In this document: positions 1 to 13,060 of the stretch, piece by piece | How positions within the stretch are numbered: position 1 is the first letter of the stretch | Layout: each line of letters opens with the position of its first letter | Assembly (NCBI RefSeq): GCF_964204645.1 | Contig: NC_134027.1 | Location: 24,638,560 to 24,702,559 of the forward strand | Direction of reading: 5' to 3' | Length of the DNA: 64,000 bases | Source: Tubulanus polymorphus | Taxonomy: Eukaryota; Animalia; Nemertea | Notes under the pieces: generated by a model | Seen by the model: only the letters and a program-made list of their open reading frames with translations | Databases searched by the model: none | What the model was told of the DNA's origin: nothing | Made by a program: the position numbers and the translations under genes

Positions 1-631
1 TAAAATGGAATGGATGATAAAAGGTGTGGTCCAAAACCATATTTTACAGAGAAAGTCAGTTGTGCTTAGAATTGACGGTTGACGAAAGTCACCCCTTTAA
101 AGTAACCCTAACCCTTTATATGAGACATTCTGTATATACATCAAAGCCAAGTCTGACTGCGGCAGGAAATGCCCACTATCTGCCCCAAATAATATTTTTA
201 TCTAATCCAACCCGGGCTACTGCGAGCTCTATGACACATTTCACTGCGAGCTCACATCATTTTGATTCGTGTAGTTATGGATTCCAGCGGACACAACAAG
301 TGTCACAAAATATTTTACCTAATTCAGAATAGTTGGATTTTCTTTATTAATATCGCAGATAGTGATTTCAGTTATTCCCGTTACCAGGACGGAGACTAAA
401 TGACTTGCCATAACCATTCGCTACGCAACCTTTTCAAGGAAAAATGTATCTATTCCTCTAGCACCAAAAAATGCAGAAGCTACTGATTAACCCGCGTTGT
501 TACAAGAAACTAACAGCGAATGGAGAGTTTAAGTAGCTGTATAATTATGCTTTTATGTTATCGCTCTTGTTCATACCTTTGGCTACACTTATTTTCCTCA
601 CAGATTCAACGACTCATTACTACTAGACTTA

Positions 632-950
632 GCCGCGATCGCACGAGCGTGTTTGGCTAACCGTTCACGCGGGAGCCAAGTGGGCCCGGGCCTGTTTGAC
701 CAGGTACAAATTGGCCACGACCAAAAACCGTCAGACCATACTCGAGCCAAACTTAAGCAGGGGTCAAATTAAGGCGCACGAATGCCAACTGGTTCCGGAA
801 GTAGCTCACTTTGTCACGGCATCGTGTAGTAACGAGTTAGCGTGTGGTTTGCGTGTGAGAGCGCTAGTTTTTTGGCACTATACCAAATTTGACTCGGGTC
901 TGCTTGTGGACATTTTGTCCCGGGCCAAATCATCCTCGTGTGATCGCGGT
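632..950. mobile_element. MITE (Harbinger-like TIRs)
   Basis: TIR gccgcgatcgcacgag / ctcgtgtgatcgcggt, TA on both flanks, no coding capacity. Confidence 0.65.
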
Positions 951-1249
951 TACAGAGTTTCTGGAAACGACTTAAACAGTCACCCATGGCACAGTTTCAC
1001 AAAATTTTTGGTGTAATCGCCATTGGTTACTTCATGTTTTCAATGGGGACAACAACAATTCAAATCTCACCGTTTTAGGTTTAAACTTTTTCGTGAAACT
1101 GGGCCCCAAGAATTTGGCACCTAAGTGAGGAAAGTGCCCTCTGAGTCAGTAGTTAACAGTACCGGACAATTTTACGAAATCTAAGTTATTTGATATGTCG
1201 TTAAAAATGTCGTTAAAAATGGAAGAAAACATTCATTTGTTCATCTAAT

Positions 1250-3491
1250 TCATTTCTTGTCGAAGTTTTCAGCTGCTCTGACGGCTTCGGCTATCTCGTG
1301 TTTAGTCAGTATACCGAGCGATTCGACCGACGTTAACAGTTGACCTCTGGCGTTTCCGGCGAATTGATTCAGCAGGAACATCGGCAAACCTCGTAGATTA
1401 TCGCCCATCGTGTACAGCGGCACTCGAACCGGTCCTAACACCTGAAACAAGAAAAAAACAGAACAAGAAAAGTGAAAATGTATTGACGCCTTGGTAAATA
1501 ACACATATACTGATTAATATTGTCGACAATACATAATACATGTACATGTATGTTTAATCTTATTTTTATTTCAATATACAATATGGATAATTGAATTGAA
1601 TTGACCGGCAACCAGTCAAGCCCCGATATATTGATGACGTAGTTCACATCTTCTCACAAACAATTATTAAAATCTATCTAAAATAAAATAATAAGTCACG
1701 AGATGTATTCAATCATGAAATAAACGCCAAATTTCGCAATTCTGTCATTTTGAAACACCAATATTGATGACGTAGCGCTCACATAGAACCCTTTATATAT
1801 AACGCATATAATACTAGGTATCAATGTACATACAAAATTTTGTAACGGTTTCTAAAAAAACTAGAAACTCTAAACTACATGTAATAGAGTATCGAATTTA
1901 CATAAGATAACGACCCAAGTTTTCCGCCAAATGGTGCCAAACGACCATGTTAAAATTCGATTTTTTCTAAACTTTTCTTAGCATGTCATTGTTCGAAAGG
2001 CTCGTAATCTCAACAAAATCATAGTTGATTTTTTATTCTCGTTGGATGGAGCAATTAAGTAAGTTGCCCAAATTGAAAATTACGGCAGCGCGGGTACCTC
2101 TGCGCCGTATTCCTCGGCGGATAAAACGTCCTTTTCGATTTCGCGAAATTCTTCGAGCGTCACTTTCTTCGTGAAGAAATGCAGGACGAGATTTTTGCCG
2201 TCGTCTCGGTGCGAGGCGACGTGGTCGGCGTGGGTCAGGTCGAATTTCGGGTCTAGTCGAATTTCTTCTCGCAATTCGCGGTTAACGCCCGTGATCACGT
2301 CCTCCCCGGGGTCGATAAGACCGCCCGGGAACCCGAGTAAACCGTCGAACCGCATTTGCATCTGGGAATTGAAAAAAAAACGAAATCAAAGTCTTTATTC
2401 GATTTACGGAAAATTCAACAAAAATAAACAAAATCTAAATCTTTACACAGTTTATCAGACACGTAACTGTCCAAAAATTAATTGGTATACTAAAAGTTAA
2501 AATTAAGCCCTTTTTACAGACTACAAACTTCAACAAATTTAAGCACTTCTGAGACTTGCTATGAATCTTCTTCACGCGACCATCGACAGTTACCGAAATA
2601 AGTACCTGATAAACGATGTAACGAACCGCTAATTACCGACTATGTAAACTACCGATTAGTTGGTTTCGTGCAGTGTGAAAAGCTAGTTTCGAAATCTAGA
2701 AACGCCCGAAAACGGACGTCATTAGAACAGTACATATACAGAGATTTTGTAGTTTTCACACCCCAACCCCGTGCACGCATTTTTTCAAGCATAGCAATAG
2801 CTGGTTAACGATTCTGAATCTCCTGAGGATCGCTGCCAGGCATGCACTCTGAAAAAGTACATAGGCATTGTGTGTGTGTGTGCACACACTGTGGAACTCG
2901 AACTGTGGAACTGGTTTCTGGACATAATAACGGAAATTTGAAATGAACATTTTAAAACAGCGAGAGTAAAAAACAAACAAATGAAACCATTCTTTTTTAA
3001 AAAGCCATAATGTCATTCCCATGGTAGGTTTATAAACTGGGCACAAAACCAAATCAAAAGCGATCATTGAAATTGATATGAGGGACAATAACCTCTTCAA
3101 GATAGAAAAAGAAAAGAAGCCCACTAATCGTTACGAACTCGTCAGTAACACGGTTTTGTTGTAGTCACAAGGGGCTCGTATTTGAAGTTTGGTGGTGAAT
3201 AAAAATAGTTCGGCTGCAACCTGGTAGTCTGGTAGTAGAAAGAATATATTTTATTCAACATCGATCCTAGATTCGTAAAATGCATCTTACCAGTATTTGA
3301 GCTCGGCTACTGTACAAATCAAATACTTTATGATCGGGATCCGGGGCCCAGATCATCGCATGTCCACCGTGTTTATAACCGGTCAATTTCTGAGCTTCGC
3401 TGAACGCTATTTCAACGTGATCGACCTTTTTTGAAGGCCTCCCGTAGCCTTCTGAATCGGCTAAATGCGCCCAGACATTTTCGTCGATCAT
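1250..3491 (-). CDS. NUDT16: U8 snoRNA-decapping Nudix hydrolase (218 aa, 3 exons)
   Basis: Exons 3491-3291, 2361-2098, 1441-1250, all GT-AG phase 0. Contains MQMRFDGLLGFPGG, Nudix box GxxxxGE..NRELREEI, and VLGPVRVPLYT..GLPMFLLNQFAGNARGQL typical of NUDT16. Confidence 0.93.
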
Positions 3492-3951
3492 TTTGTACCA
3501 GATTCTGACAGTTTTAGCCGGTTACGTTACACGTAAACACAACTTGTCAAACCCATCGTCTACGACCTTGAGAATTAGAGCGTTTGAGTCGCCTCCACCG
3601 AATTTATAAATCAAATTAATATTTAGACTGGTTACCGGACTCTATCTTCGGGACAGGCAACCAGTCTAATTAATCTTTATTGAACCGATAAATATCATTG
3701 AACTCTCTTCAAACCCCATTATAAGGAATCAAACACATGAAGAAAATTGCAACAAATCTTCCTAACATTTGTTGTCTCTTTTCGCTTGTCCCTTTTATCT
3801 TTTTTCTCCTCTTACATTGTCTTGTTGTTTCATTGGCCTTTGCTTGGCCCACAAAATAACTATTAAATTTAGAAATGAGCAATCAAAACAAATGACTAAT
3901 TTCATTGACCATAAAACTATATTTATTTTGAACTATTTAATCAGATATTCA

Positions 3952-6900
3952 TCAACTATCTTCCGCGTCGTTGTCTGATAGTAAAAATTCATCTATTTCT
4001 GCGCGCATTTGCTGCCTGCAAGAAAAATAATCGAGCTACATCACATTTAGAATTTTAGATGATTAACCTGGAAAGTTTACTCTGGATATTTGTACGTACC
4101 GACGCTTTTTCTGGTATATTTCATCAGTTATGGTTCTAGGCAATTGCTTGAAGTCGTTCTGTAATTAAACGAAATTCTCTACAATTCAAATCTATGAAAT
4201 AGAGTATAATCGATTAAATCAATCCTTGATAATAACAAATTGGGCCCTTCGAAATTATTGAGTAAGGTACTCTGGCGGTTTCTTAAAAATATATAGAATG
4301 TAATTATTAGGCTAATTATTATTACGTACCATATCTCTGACTAGTAGACGACAGCCATAACACAAAGCATCATTCAACATATCAAGAGTTAATCTGAAAC
4401 AGTAAATAGGCTTCACATTACAGTATGCCATATTTCGATGCCTATTATTATGCCTTATAAGTGTCCAGGCTGAGGAATGCATGGGCCCAGGCTGAGGCGA
4501 TGTTGTAGGGCGGAAGCTGAGGTGTAATTTCCAGCCTGAATGGATGCAGGCTTCGGGTCGTACATCGGTATAAATTTAAACATCTTACTCTTCAGTGTTC
4601 GTATTTGATCTGCAACTTCCATCCCCCTCTCCACAGCACGCCTGCTCCGTTTTGGTGTTCAGGTTTGAATTACAACCCGCCACCTCGCCGCAACAGACAC
4701 CCGCGTCAGGGTTAGTCGCCGATCGCGCGTCTACTCCCAGCTGCCGTCGAGATAACTTCATCGATAGTTGAGTAGCGTTGAGGGCGGAAGCATCGCCTAC
4801 ACTGGTATCCAGTGGTCCCTGAAATCAAAATAAACATGTACAGGCAAATTTCAAAATAAATGCCACTCCCTCATTTTAAATGCTCTCATTCTTCGGAGAA
4901 AAAGATTGCTTAATTTACTTCAAAATTCAATGAAAGTGCATTCTTTATAATATTTTTAAAATTATATTTTTCACCCACCCCAACCTTGGCATTACAAAGA
5001 ACTTTTACCATACACTACATTTACATTAAGCAAAACGGAATGCTAAATATTTACTTCAAAACAATACGAAATTTGCATCAATTCGATCGGATTATTTCCT
5101 GTATTCCTGCTAGTTGGTTATACAGATTATTGACGATATCTACCTTACAAAGTGAACAGGTATCCGCGTTCGTTTTCCTTTGATTCGTCGTAAGTTGCAT
5201 TTTACTTCCAGTTCTAAAAGACATAAGGATCCGCTCATAGAAGAATGTTCAAGTTCCAACAAAAACTGAAAATATGACTCAAAGCTGCGCTTCTTAAAAA
5301 CTTCTTTCTTACCGGAATATCGTTGAAACTGTCGATGGAAATTCCGCTTGCAGTCCGGTCACAAACGATTCGGTTAATTGGTGAATACTGGAATTTCTAG
5401 TCGCCTAGACAGGGAAACAAAAAACATTTGCGAATTATACGACAAGAGTAACTTCTGGTTTGCTAGGTGTCAAGTCACCATCAGGTTATATTAAGTCATC
5501 ACATCACTTCAAGTCATCTCAATATCTGATTTTGAGTCCCAATTTGTGTTTCTAATTCAATTCACATGTGCTAAATGTACCGAGATATATTACCTTTGTT
5601 GATAGGTTTGGAACGGTGACCGGTTCCATGCCGTAAAAGTGATTGTACATCGCGACCTCCTTACTGCTGAACTCCCTGAAACGATTCGAAACCAATTAGA
5701 AAACTAAAGCAGTAATCAAAGAATCGAAACATGCAGTTTTTGATCCCATAACCTGCTAGCAAGTTCAAGTTTTCTTTTTTTCCCTGGTTGAAGATTTGTT
5801 TTCCCTTGTTGTTATCTTGGTTAGAGGTTCTTCTGGACTGTTTCTTTAACTAAAAGAAAGAGCCCAGAAGAACCTCTGACCAACAAAGAAAGAAACTCAG
5901 GATTCGAGACCTGGATTGACGACAGATCAGTGACCAATGGCTTTAACCACTTGCAGACATTGTGTCTTCCAGTTTTTCTATATTTCTAGTTAGCCGTCAT
6001 TACTCTCACCTCATCGGACGTAGAATCATTATTTTGCTATCACGTTCATCCGTAAACCCGGTGTCTATCGATATATGAGCTCCTTTTCCTTGCGCGATAT
6101 TCGACAATATTTGTATCGACAGATTCATCGCCGTTTCGCCAGTCATCACTTTATTATAACCGTTCCGTCGAGCTATGTCTAATATCAGCTTGTGTCTGAA
6201 AACAAATTTGAATTCTGAATAGAACTTTGGTTTGTAGCCTTAAGGCTTGATTGAGCAAAGGTAAACATTTTAGCACTTTTGGTGCGGAAAAAGTAGCGCT
6301 AATCCGGACAAATTTTTCCAGAAGGTATCACTAAGTACCGAGCACTTAGTAGACAAGCTTCAAACAATGCTTATTTTACAAACCACTAGGACCACACCAC
6401 GAGATGCACAGCTGGATGTTAACAAACAGGATTCAGTTCCACATTAGTGCAGAAGGTAAAGCTTAGAAAGTTAAAATAATTTCATTTTCAATGAATTAAC
6501 TCCGGATCTTAACTCCCTCAGAACATGGCACTGGGGCTTGGTCGATAAAACCATAGGCTGGGGTCCGGATTTAAGTCAGGATTTTAATTGGCCTGTGTTA
6601 CAGTCACTCTCGTAGCAGCACACAGACCAGAGTGGTTATCCCATAGTCTCTCTAGATTGAAAGAAACCAATGCGGGTTTAGATTAAGACCATGTTTTATT
6701 CCAATTATCAAGATATATTACCGGAGTATTTTGATGAATTCCATTTTCGCGGTGAGAGTTTTGAAAGCGGCGAGACGTTGTCGAAGGGACTGTTCAGCAT
6801 TCAAATCCATCCGAGAATAATCCCGACTCAAACCATCATCATCAACTTCACCATCAGGCATCAAATTCAATGCCTAAAAACAGATAATTCAACCCGATCA

Positions 6901-9068
6901 AATCAGGGTTCTTATGGGTCCGATTTTCCAAGCCTTTTTCAGAGCCAAAGAAAAAACTACAAAATTTCCATAGCATTTCAAGGGGAAAAATTTTTTCCAT
7001 CTTTACTAAAACTTTTCAAAACCTGTCCAAATACTAGGTCAGGAGACTTTTGACTAAATTAGAGAAAAAAATAGTTCAACTCATCAGCCGCGTTGAAATA
7101 TTTCTCTGTCCCTTTTTTTAAAATAAAATACAGCATCGAAGTCTATTTATTCATTGTTTCTAGAATTTGAGATAACGTAGATAGACCTTAATCGTCCGAA
7201 TGCACACTAGCAACACCTGGGAGGCGTTGATTGTTGCAAGTGCGATCCTTGATTGCCACAGTCGACTACGGAGTCCACATTGATTAAGTTTTTTTCTTTT
7301 CATTATAAACTTTGCTTATTATTATATTCACTTACATTTTCTAAAGACGAAACAAAATACGGTAATCCAGATTTTTCCATCACAGACACGATTTCATCAC
7401 ACTTCGCTTTATTTTCCTCCGCAGTCAGGTTCAAAGTAGCGCCTTCTGTAAACGACACACAGCGACCAACAAGACAATATTTAGAAGGAGCGAAAAACCT
7501 GATTTTTTTTTTTTAATACAAATAGCAGTTACTCACCGTTTATGTAGACAATACCAGGAATGAAACCTATTTTCTTGTGACATCTTTCACTCAAACCCTG
7601 AAATGAAAGCCAGAAAAATATCACCTACACGTTTGGAACTGGATTCGGGGTCAACACAACTCTGCGGAACTGGATTCAGCACCCACGCAACTGTGGAACT
7701 GGATCACAAATTATACTCACACAACCGTGAAACTGGGTTCCGAGTCAAATTAAACCCACACAACTGTGGAACTGGATCCACTTGTCAAATTAAACCCACA
7801 CAACTGTGAAACTGGGTTCCGACTCATATCAAACGCACACAGCAGTGGAACTGGATCCAGTCAAATTAAAACTACACAACTGTTGAACTGGATCCAGAGT
7901 CAAATTAAACCTACACAACTATGGAACTGGATCCAGAGTCAAATTAAATGCACACAGCTGTGGAACTGGATCCAGAGTCAAATTAAACCTACACAACTGT
8001 GGAACTGGATCCAGAGTCAAATTAAACCTACACAACTGTGGAACTGGATCCAGAGTCAAATTAAACGCACACAGCTATGGAACTGGATCCAGAGTCAAAT
8101 TAAACCTACACAACTGTGGAACTGAATCCAGAGTTGAATCATACTCTCAATACTTTGCATTTGGAGTCAAATCAAATTCACACAACTGTGGAACTGGATA
8201 AACGTAAATCGAATACTTACATCAATAACCATATGCAGGAGAGCTGTTGATCCGTGTCCACCGGAATACGCGAGTAAAACCTTCTCTTTGTGTTTAACAA
8301 TGTGCGTTCTACCAAACGTCGAACGGAACTTGTGAATACAATAATTCCAGAAACAGTCCCTGTAAAATATGACGACCAAATTTCAAAACGACGTAAAAAA
8401 ATATATACAATCTTCCAGTGGCTCCATCTATACTCACCGACAGAAAGCATCGTCGATTCGTATGATCACAATCGGTTTGTTGTCACATTTCATACAAATT
8501 CTGACAATTCTGAAAAAATACAAGGCAACAATAGATCTACAGGAACGCTAGTTAGTTACCTAATCGTTGGTTGTAAGCTTTTTATAATCAGATGGGCTTA
8601 CACCAAATTGTGGTTTGTGAAAATATCCGATTGTGAAACTAAACCACAGACGAGACAGGTTACTAACTACAGGAACGCGGAGGTGGGTTGGGTGTAGTGA
8701 GCCTAAGCTGGCTGGAATCAGTGGCAGGTCTTGACAGTTTTAAAACAGGGTATTAATTCTATTCTGACAGAATTAATTATCTGTGTAAAATTAAACGGTC
8801 ATCCTTATTACCGAGATGATGAGTAGATTCTTGCATTCTAACCTATTTGTTGAAAGCTATTCTGCTGATTTCAATCACTTACTACAAATTAAAGCCTTAA
8901 AAAAAACAGTCAGGGAGAGCACTGTGCTAGCGCTCTTGTTCTTGCTTGTTCGAATCCCAATTATGATAGGGACCTTGTTCAAATCTACTTGCTGATCACA
9001 ATCGCTGCTACTTACTTCTTTGATTTGACCACAGGAGTCAAATTATCACCTTCTAAAATAGAACACAT
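3952..9068 (-). CDS. CTU2: Cytoplasmic tRNA 2-thiolation protein 2 (477 aa, 14 exons)
   Basis: Exons 9068-9016, 8509-8438, 8359-8221, 7597-7537, 7445-7336, 6873-6722, 6195-6010, 5675-5594, 5404-5313, 5213-5144, 4818-4589, 4393-4330, 4158-4100, 4015-3952 (1434 nt, in frame). Motifs CMKC..FCRDCF..HKFR, KVLLAYSGG, ILRPMREF, LQAEFPSTVSTIFRTG, LCYGCR. Confidence 0.93.
7620..8200. repeat. 39-bp tandem repeat in CTU2 intron 3
   Basis: Unit gtggaactggatccagagtcaaattaaacctacacaact, about 14 copies, degenerate at the left end; it explains the repetitive ORF 7766..8125. Confidence 0.9.
8549..8669. mobile_element. ~120-bp MITE with 9-bp TSD (Mutator-like)
   Basis: TIR tagttagttacct / aggttactaacta; TSD caggaacgc at 8540-8548 and 8670-8678. 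Second copy inverted at 38551-38665; remnant near 14750. Confidence 0.75.
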
Positions 9069-10845
9069 TGCATTTGATTTCTACGGCTTTAATCGACCGA
9101 AGCTCCACCTAGTGGTTCCGGTATTGCCTAATTACCGGTTGGGGTCCTTTTGAATGCTAAAACAAGGACTCAGATTTCCTGACGCGCGGGGCTTCGACGG
9201 ACTCAGGATTCAAATTCAGTCATTATCGTGAATTTTCACAGCGCAATAAATTCCTGAGCTCCAACAAACTCGGAATGAACCTCGAAAATCGAATTTAACT
9301 GAGAAAACTAGTTTATTCCGAGTTGCAAACTCGTAATTAATCTCGAAAATAATTGTTTAATACGCATATGTCACAAGACGCTTGCGTAGAACAGTTTAGA
9401 CAATGTCACTTTTCTGAATTATTCAACTGCAGGAGTATTTGGTCTTGACCCTGTTCACGTGTCTAATGATGAACAACGAAATAAACGGTAATTTGAATTT
9501 TTAAATAAGAGATTAAAAAAAATAACGAATTGAATGAAGACCATCATGAAACGACGAAGAATCGAAAATGATTATATCCTCTTTTATCAAAATAAAACAC
9601 ACACGAATAACGGGGGATATCTATAATGTTGACCAAGTAGATCTGGGAAAATGAACTATTTTTTCTCTGCAAAAGGTTTAACTCAATCAACAACTACGGA
9701 ACCCGAATATTCCGCAGGGAGGTCGAAATCGGGAATAACTGGAGCAAGTCAATGGGCAGAGGGGGTCCTCCAAGAAAATGTTGAATTTCTAAATATATAT
9801 TTCGAGCTTTGTTTATCTTTCTTGTTAAGGACGGCAGCAAAACTGTATAGACCTAGCGGATACGACCATCACGACGGTTGTAACACCAGCAGTTGTAAAA
9901 CTATGGCACAACTGACGTACAATGTCTCGTATCACCACCCGGTAAGAGCTTCTGCGGTCTCAGAATGATGATGCATGGCCCTCGAGTACTGTTTCCGTTT
10001 GATAAGACAAGCTGTCCTTGTGGAACCCTTGCGAGCTGTTCTGTACACGAGAACTTCCCAATCACAAATCGAAGATACACTGGACAATGTGACGTCAAAG
10101 CGTTATGGTATACGTATCACAAATGTACAGATAGATGATGTTGAAATGTGGTCATGTAATTACTTGAACATGCTCCTAGATAGTAAAGCAATAATAACTG
10201 TCGTAGGTGACTGAGAACGAAACAGGATTGAAACTTATCTTCCATTTCTAATCCTATCTATAAATATCCAATGACCAGTGAAATAGATTTAACAGCTGAT
10301 ATACTCTCTTTGATCTGCTTACAAATTCAATTTCAAAAGACTCAATATTTTAAAGATCTAAGATATCAATAGATTCCTAATTGGCTGTCCATAATATAAA
10401 TGTCGCGATATGTAAGAATATCGGTTTTGAATTTTGCTGAAAAGAAATTGAGTTTCGTGTTGCCAATAACTTTACAGTGAAGGCAGATACGGGTTGATCA
10501 TCAATGCCAAGTCTCCTTCCTCACGATATTCGGAATTTGGCTGTTGCCGATTTCAATGAGTGGTCTTCTAAAAACAATCAATATGGCTCGCTTGAATTTA
10601 GAATTAACAGTTATAGCGGCTGCGAATTGGATCACTTATCTCTGACTTCCAGAATACCTATAAGAAAACCCTTCTGGATTGTGCCCAAGATTTCCATACA
10701 TGGTTAAGATTACAGTCAATGAGTAGTATGATTGGATGATGGTGAACATACGTATTCACTTAAAACCATGGGCTTTACAACGAGTCCATGCTAACTTATC
10801 GTTGTAAGGTGTAGTCGTTTTGTTTCCTCGATTGTTGGCAACAGG

Positions 10846-11928
10846 ATGCCTTCTACGAATATCACTGATGATCTGAGCACAATTTGTCCAATCAGAACCG
10901 TCTATGTCCACGTACACTACATATACCTACTCGGTATTGGTCCGCTATGCGTAATTGGACTGATTTTCAATTGTATCATTTTCCTGACGATCCGACGCCG
11001 ACAGGTGCGTGACACCGGTAACCAGACGAATTCCTTCCTATTGCAACTATTGGCGATTAGCGACGGTTGTTTTTTGATGATTTCATTCGTATTTTTTGTC
11101 GTGCGACATTTGTACGAGCGACTGCGCTACTCGGATCAATTAACTGTCTACAAATTGGACGATACAGCAATCGGTTATATTTTCTTCTTCGTGACGATTT
11201 TTCCATATTTCTTCGCGCAACAGATCCGCAGTTGGGTCGTCGTCACAATGTCCGTCGATCGATTTCTGCACATTCGCTTCCCGTTTTGGGCTCGAAAATA
11301 TGCCACGGTACAATTTTACAAAACTGTCTTCGTAGCCAACATCGTAACATCGGCTTTTGTGCATTTATTCACGGGGTACCTTACACACGGCACCGTTCTA
11401 AAACCACACCCATGTCTACCAGGGCGGGCCAGGTACCTTGAAAAAATCTATAGATTTGTCAGTCGAGATTTTTTGAGATGGTATAATAGCATTTCCTATT
11501 TTGTGTTTCTGATCGGTGTTCCACTGTTTGTTTTATGTTGCGTAAACATTTTGCTGATCTCAGCAGTCCGGCGTGCCACCAAATTATCCAAGTCGCTTGC
11601 CGCAGACGGCGATTCCTCTTCCGGCGATACACGGGCGCAGAATCAAGCAACTTTGATGGTGATCGCTGCCGTGGCTGTGTTCATATTATGTGAAAGCCCG
11701 GCTTGTGTTGACCGTGTTGCCAGTGTATTTCTGATATACGGTGATTCGTCGAATTTCGTCAATTACGCCCGTAAGGTCAGCCTATTACTTGTAATTCTAG
11801 ATTCGGTTCTGAATTTCCCGGCTTACTGTTTTTTCAGTAAAAGATTTCGTAATGACGTCCAACAGTTAACCGTTCGACATAAGCATTTCAGCCACGCCGG
11901 AATGGCCGATCACGCTGGCCGAATGTAG
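10846..11928 (+). CDS. Class A GPCR, FMRFamide-receptor-like, copy 1 (360 aa, intronless CDS)
   Basis: Seven hydrophobic segments; LAISD (TM2), MSVDRF (TM3), CESPA (TM6), DSVLNFPAYCFFSKRFR (TM7/helix 8); N-terminal NIT sequon. Confidence 0.9.
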   Translation: MPSTNITDDLSTICPIRTVYVHVHYIYLLGIGPLCVIGLIFNCIIFLTIRRRQVRDTGNQTNSFLLQLLAISDGCFLMISFVFFVVRHLYERLRYSDQLTVYKLDDTAIGYIFFFVTIFPYFFAQQIRSWVVVTMSVDRFLHIRFPFWARKYATVQFYKTVFVANIVTSAFVHLFTGYLTHGTVLKPHPCLPGRARYLEKIYRFVSRDFLRWYNSISYFVFLIGVPLFVLCCVNILLISAVRRATKLSKSLAADGDSSSGDTRAQNQATLMVIAAVAVFILCESPACVDRVASVFLIYGDSSNFVNYARKVSLLLVILDSVLNFPAYCFFSKRFRNDVQQLTVRHKHFSHAGMADHAGRM

Positions 11929-12739
11929 ACCCAGTTCCTCGGTTATGAGTTAAGAGTTAACTCTGAGCTAAAATAAGTTCGTTTTCAATGAATTTCAATG
12001 AATTAACTCTCTGTAAAATCTTAAACTGAGAACTGTTCGGGTCCTAGTTACCATAAGAAGAAGGTTTTTTATTTACCTTTAGAATTCTTTGGGGTAAATA
12101 TCATATTCAACCAAAGCGTAAATACCTTAGTTTCGGGATTTTTCTAGAACCGAGGCTTTGCGGATGTTCATGTATTAATAAACAACGTCTGTATTCAGCG
12201 CTCAGTTTTAACTTAAATTACACTGCACCAAATTTCCGCTCCAAAGCGCAAAGCGCACGAAATTATTTCTAATGTTTCTCATGTGCACTTAGCTGAATGT
12301 GATGTAGTATAATGTATAAATCCGTCACGTGTTTAACATCTTTACCTGAAACATCTACGGTTTGAGCATGTAGATCATTCTTCGTATATGATTCGCCTGC
12401 GATTGAATTCGGGAGACCAAGGTTGACACCTTTACGCGAATTCGAATTTTCATTTTCCACTTATTTCTTTAGGAATCCGAAGAGGAACTCAGTGTCTTCC
12501 GAGGCAAGCAATATTCTGCCTGAAACTAGTAATGCTTAGTTATTCCTTAATGAAACGTGCCATTTGAATAACTAACCGAATAAGGAACGAAGAACAAGTA
12601 AATAACTTCACTGGGCTGTTGTTTTGGTGATAAATCACAGATTTATAAGAGCAATTTACGTACGAAGCTGAAATATGAACAAATATATAGATGTGATATT
12701 TACTGATTTTCTAGCTGTCATCATAAATATTCAATACAC

Positions 12740-13060
12740 TTAAGACCAATCTACGTAAGCTCATTTTGGTTCTATAACCAATTTTATGCAACTTAAGACT
12801 ATTTTCGACTATTTTCTATTTTCGAAGCTCATTTTGGTTCTATAACTAATGTAACAACTTAAGACCAATGTGTTACGTTAGTAATAGAACCAAAATGAGC
12901 TTGTTTTTGTCTTGTTAGATTAGTTATAGAACCAAAATGAGCTAAGATTCAAGACCAGTCTAAGCTCATTTTGGTTCAATAAAACAATCGACAAAACAAA
13001 GCTCACTTGGTTCCAGAACCAATGTAACATCTTAAGATCAGTCTTAAGACGGTTTTATGC
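12740..13060. repeat. Degenerate array of Harbinger-MITE internal segments
   Basis: Repeated taagctcattttggttctata..aacttaagacca in both orientations; same unit as 58430-58715. Confidence 0.65.

Noticed and set aside
24-1016. ORFs 24..332 and 696..1016
   Set aside because: Non-ATG starts and no motifs; the second overlaps a MITE.
7766-8125. Repetitive ORF (QSQIKPTQLWNWI)n
   Set aside because: Translation of a 39-bp intronic tandem repeat antisense to CTU2; no splice or start context.
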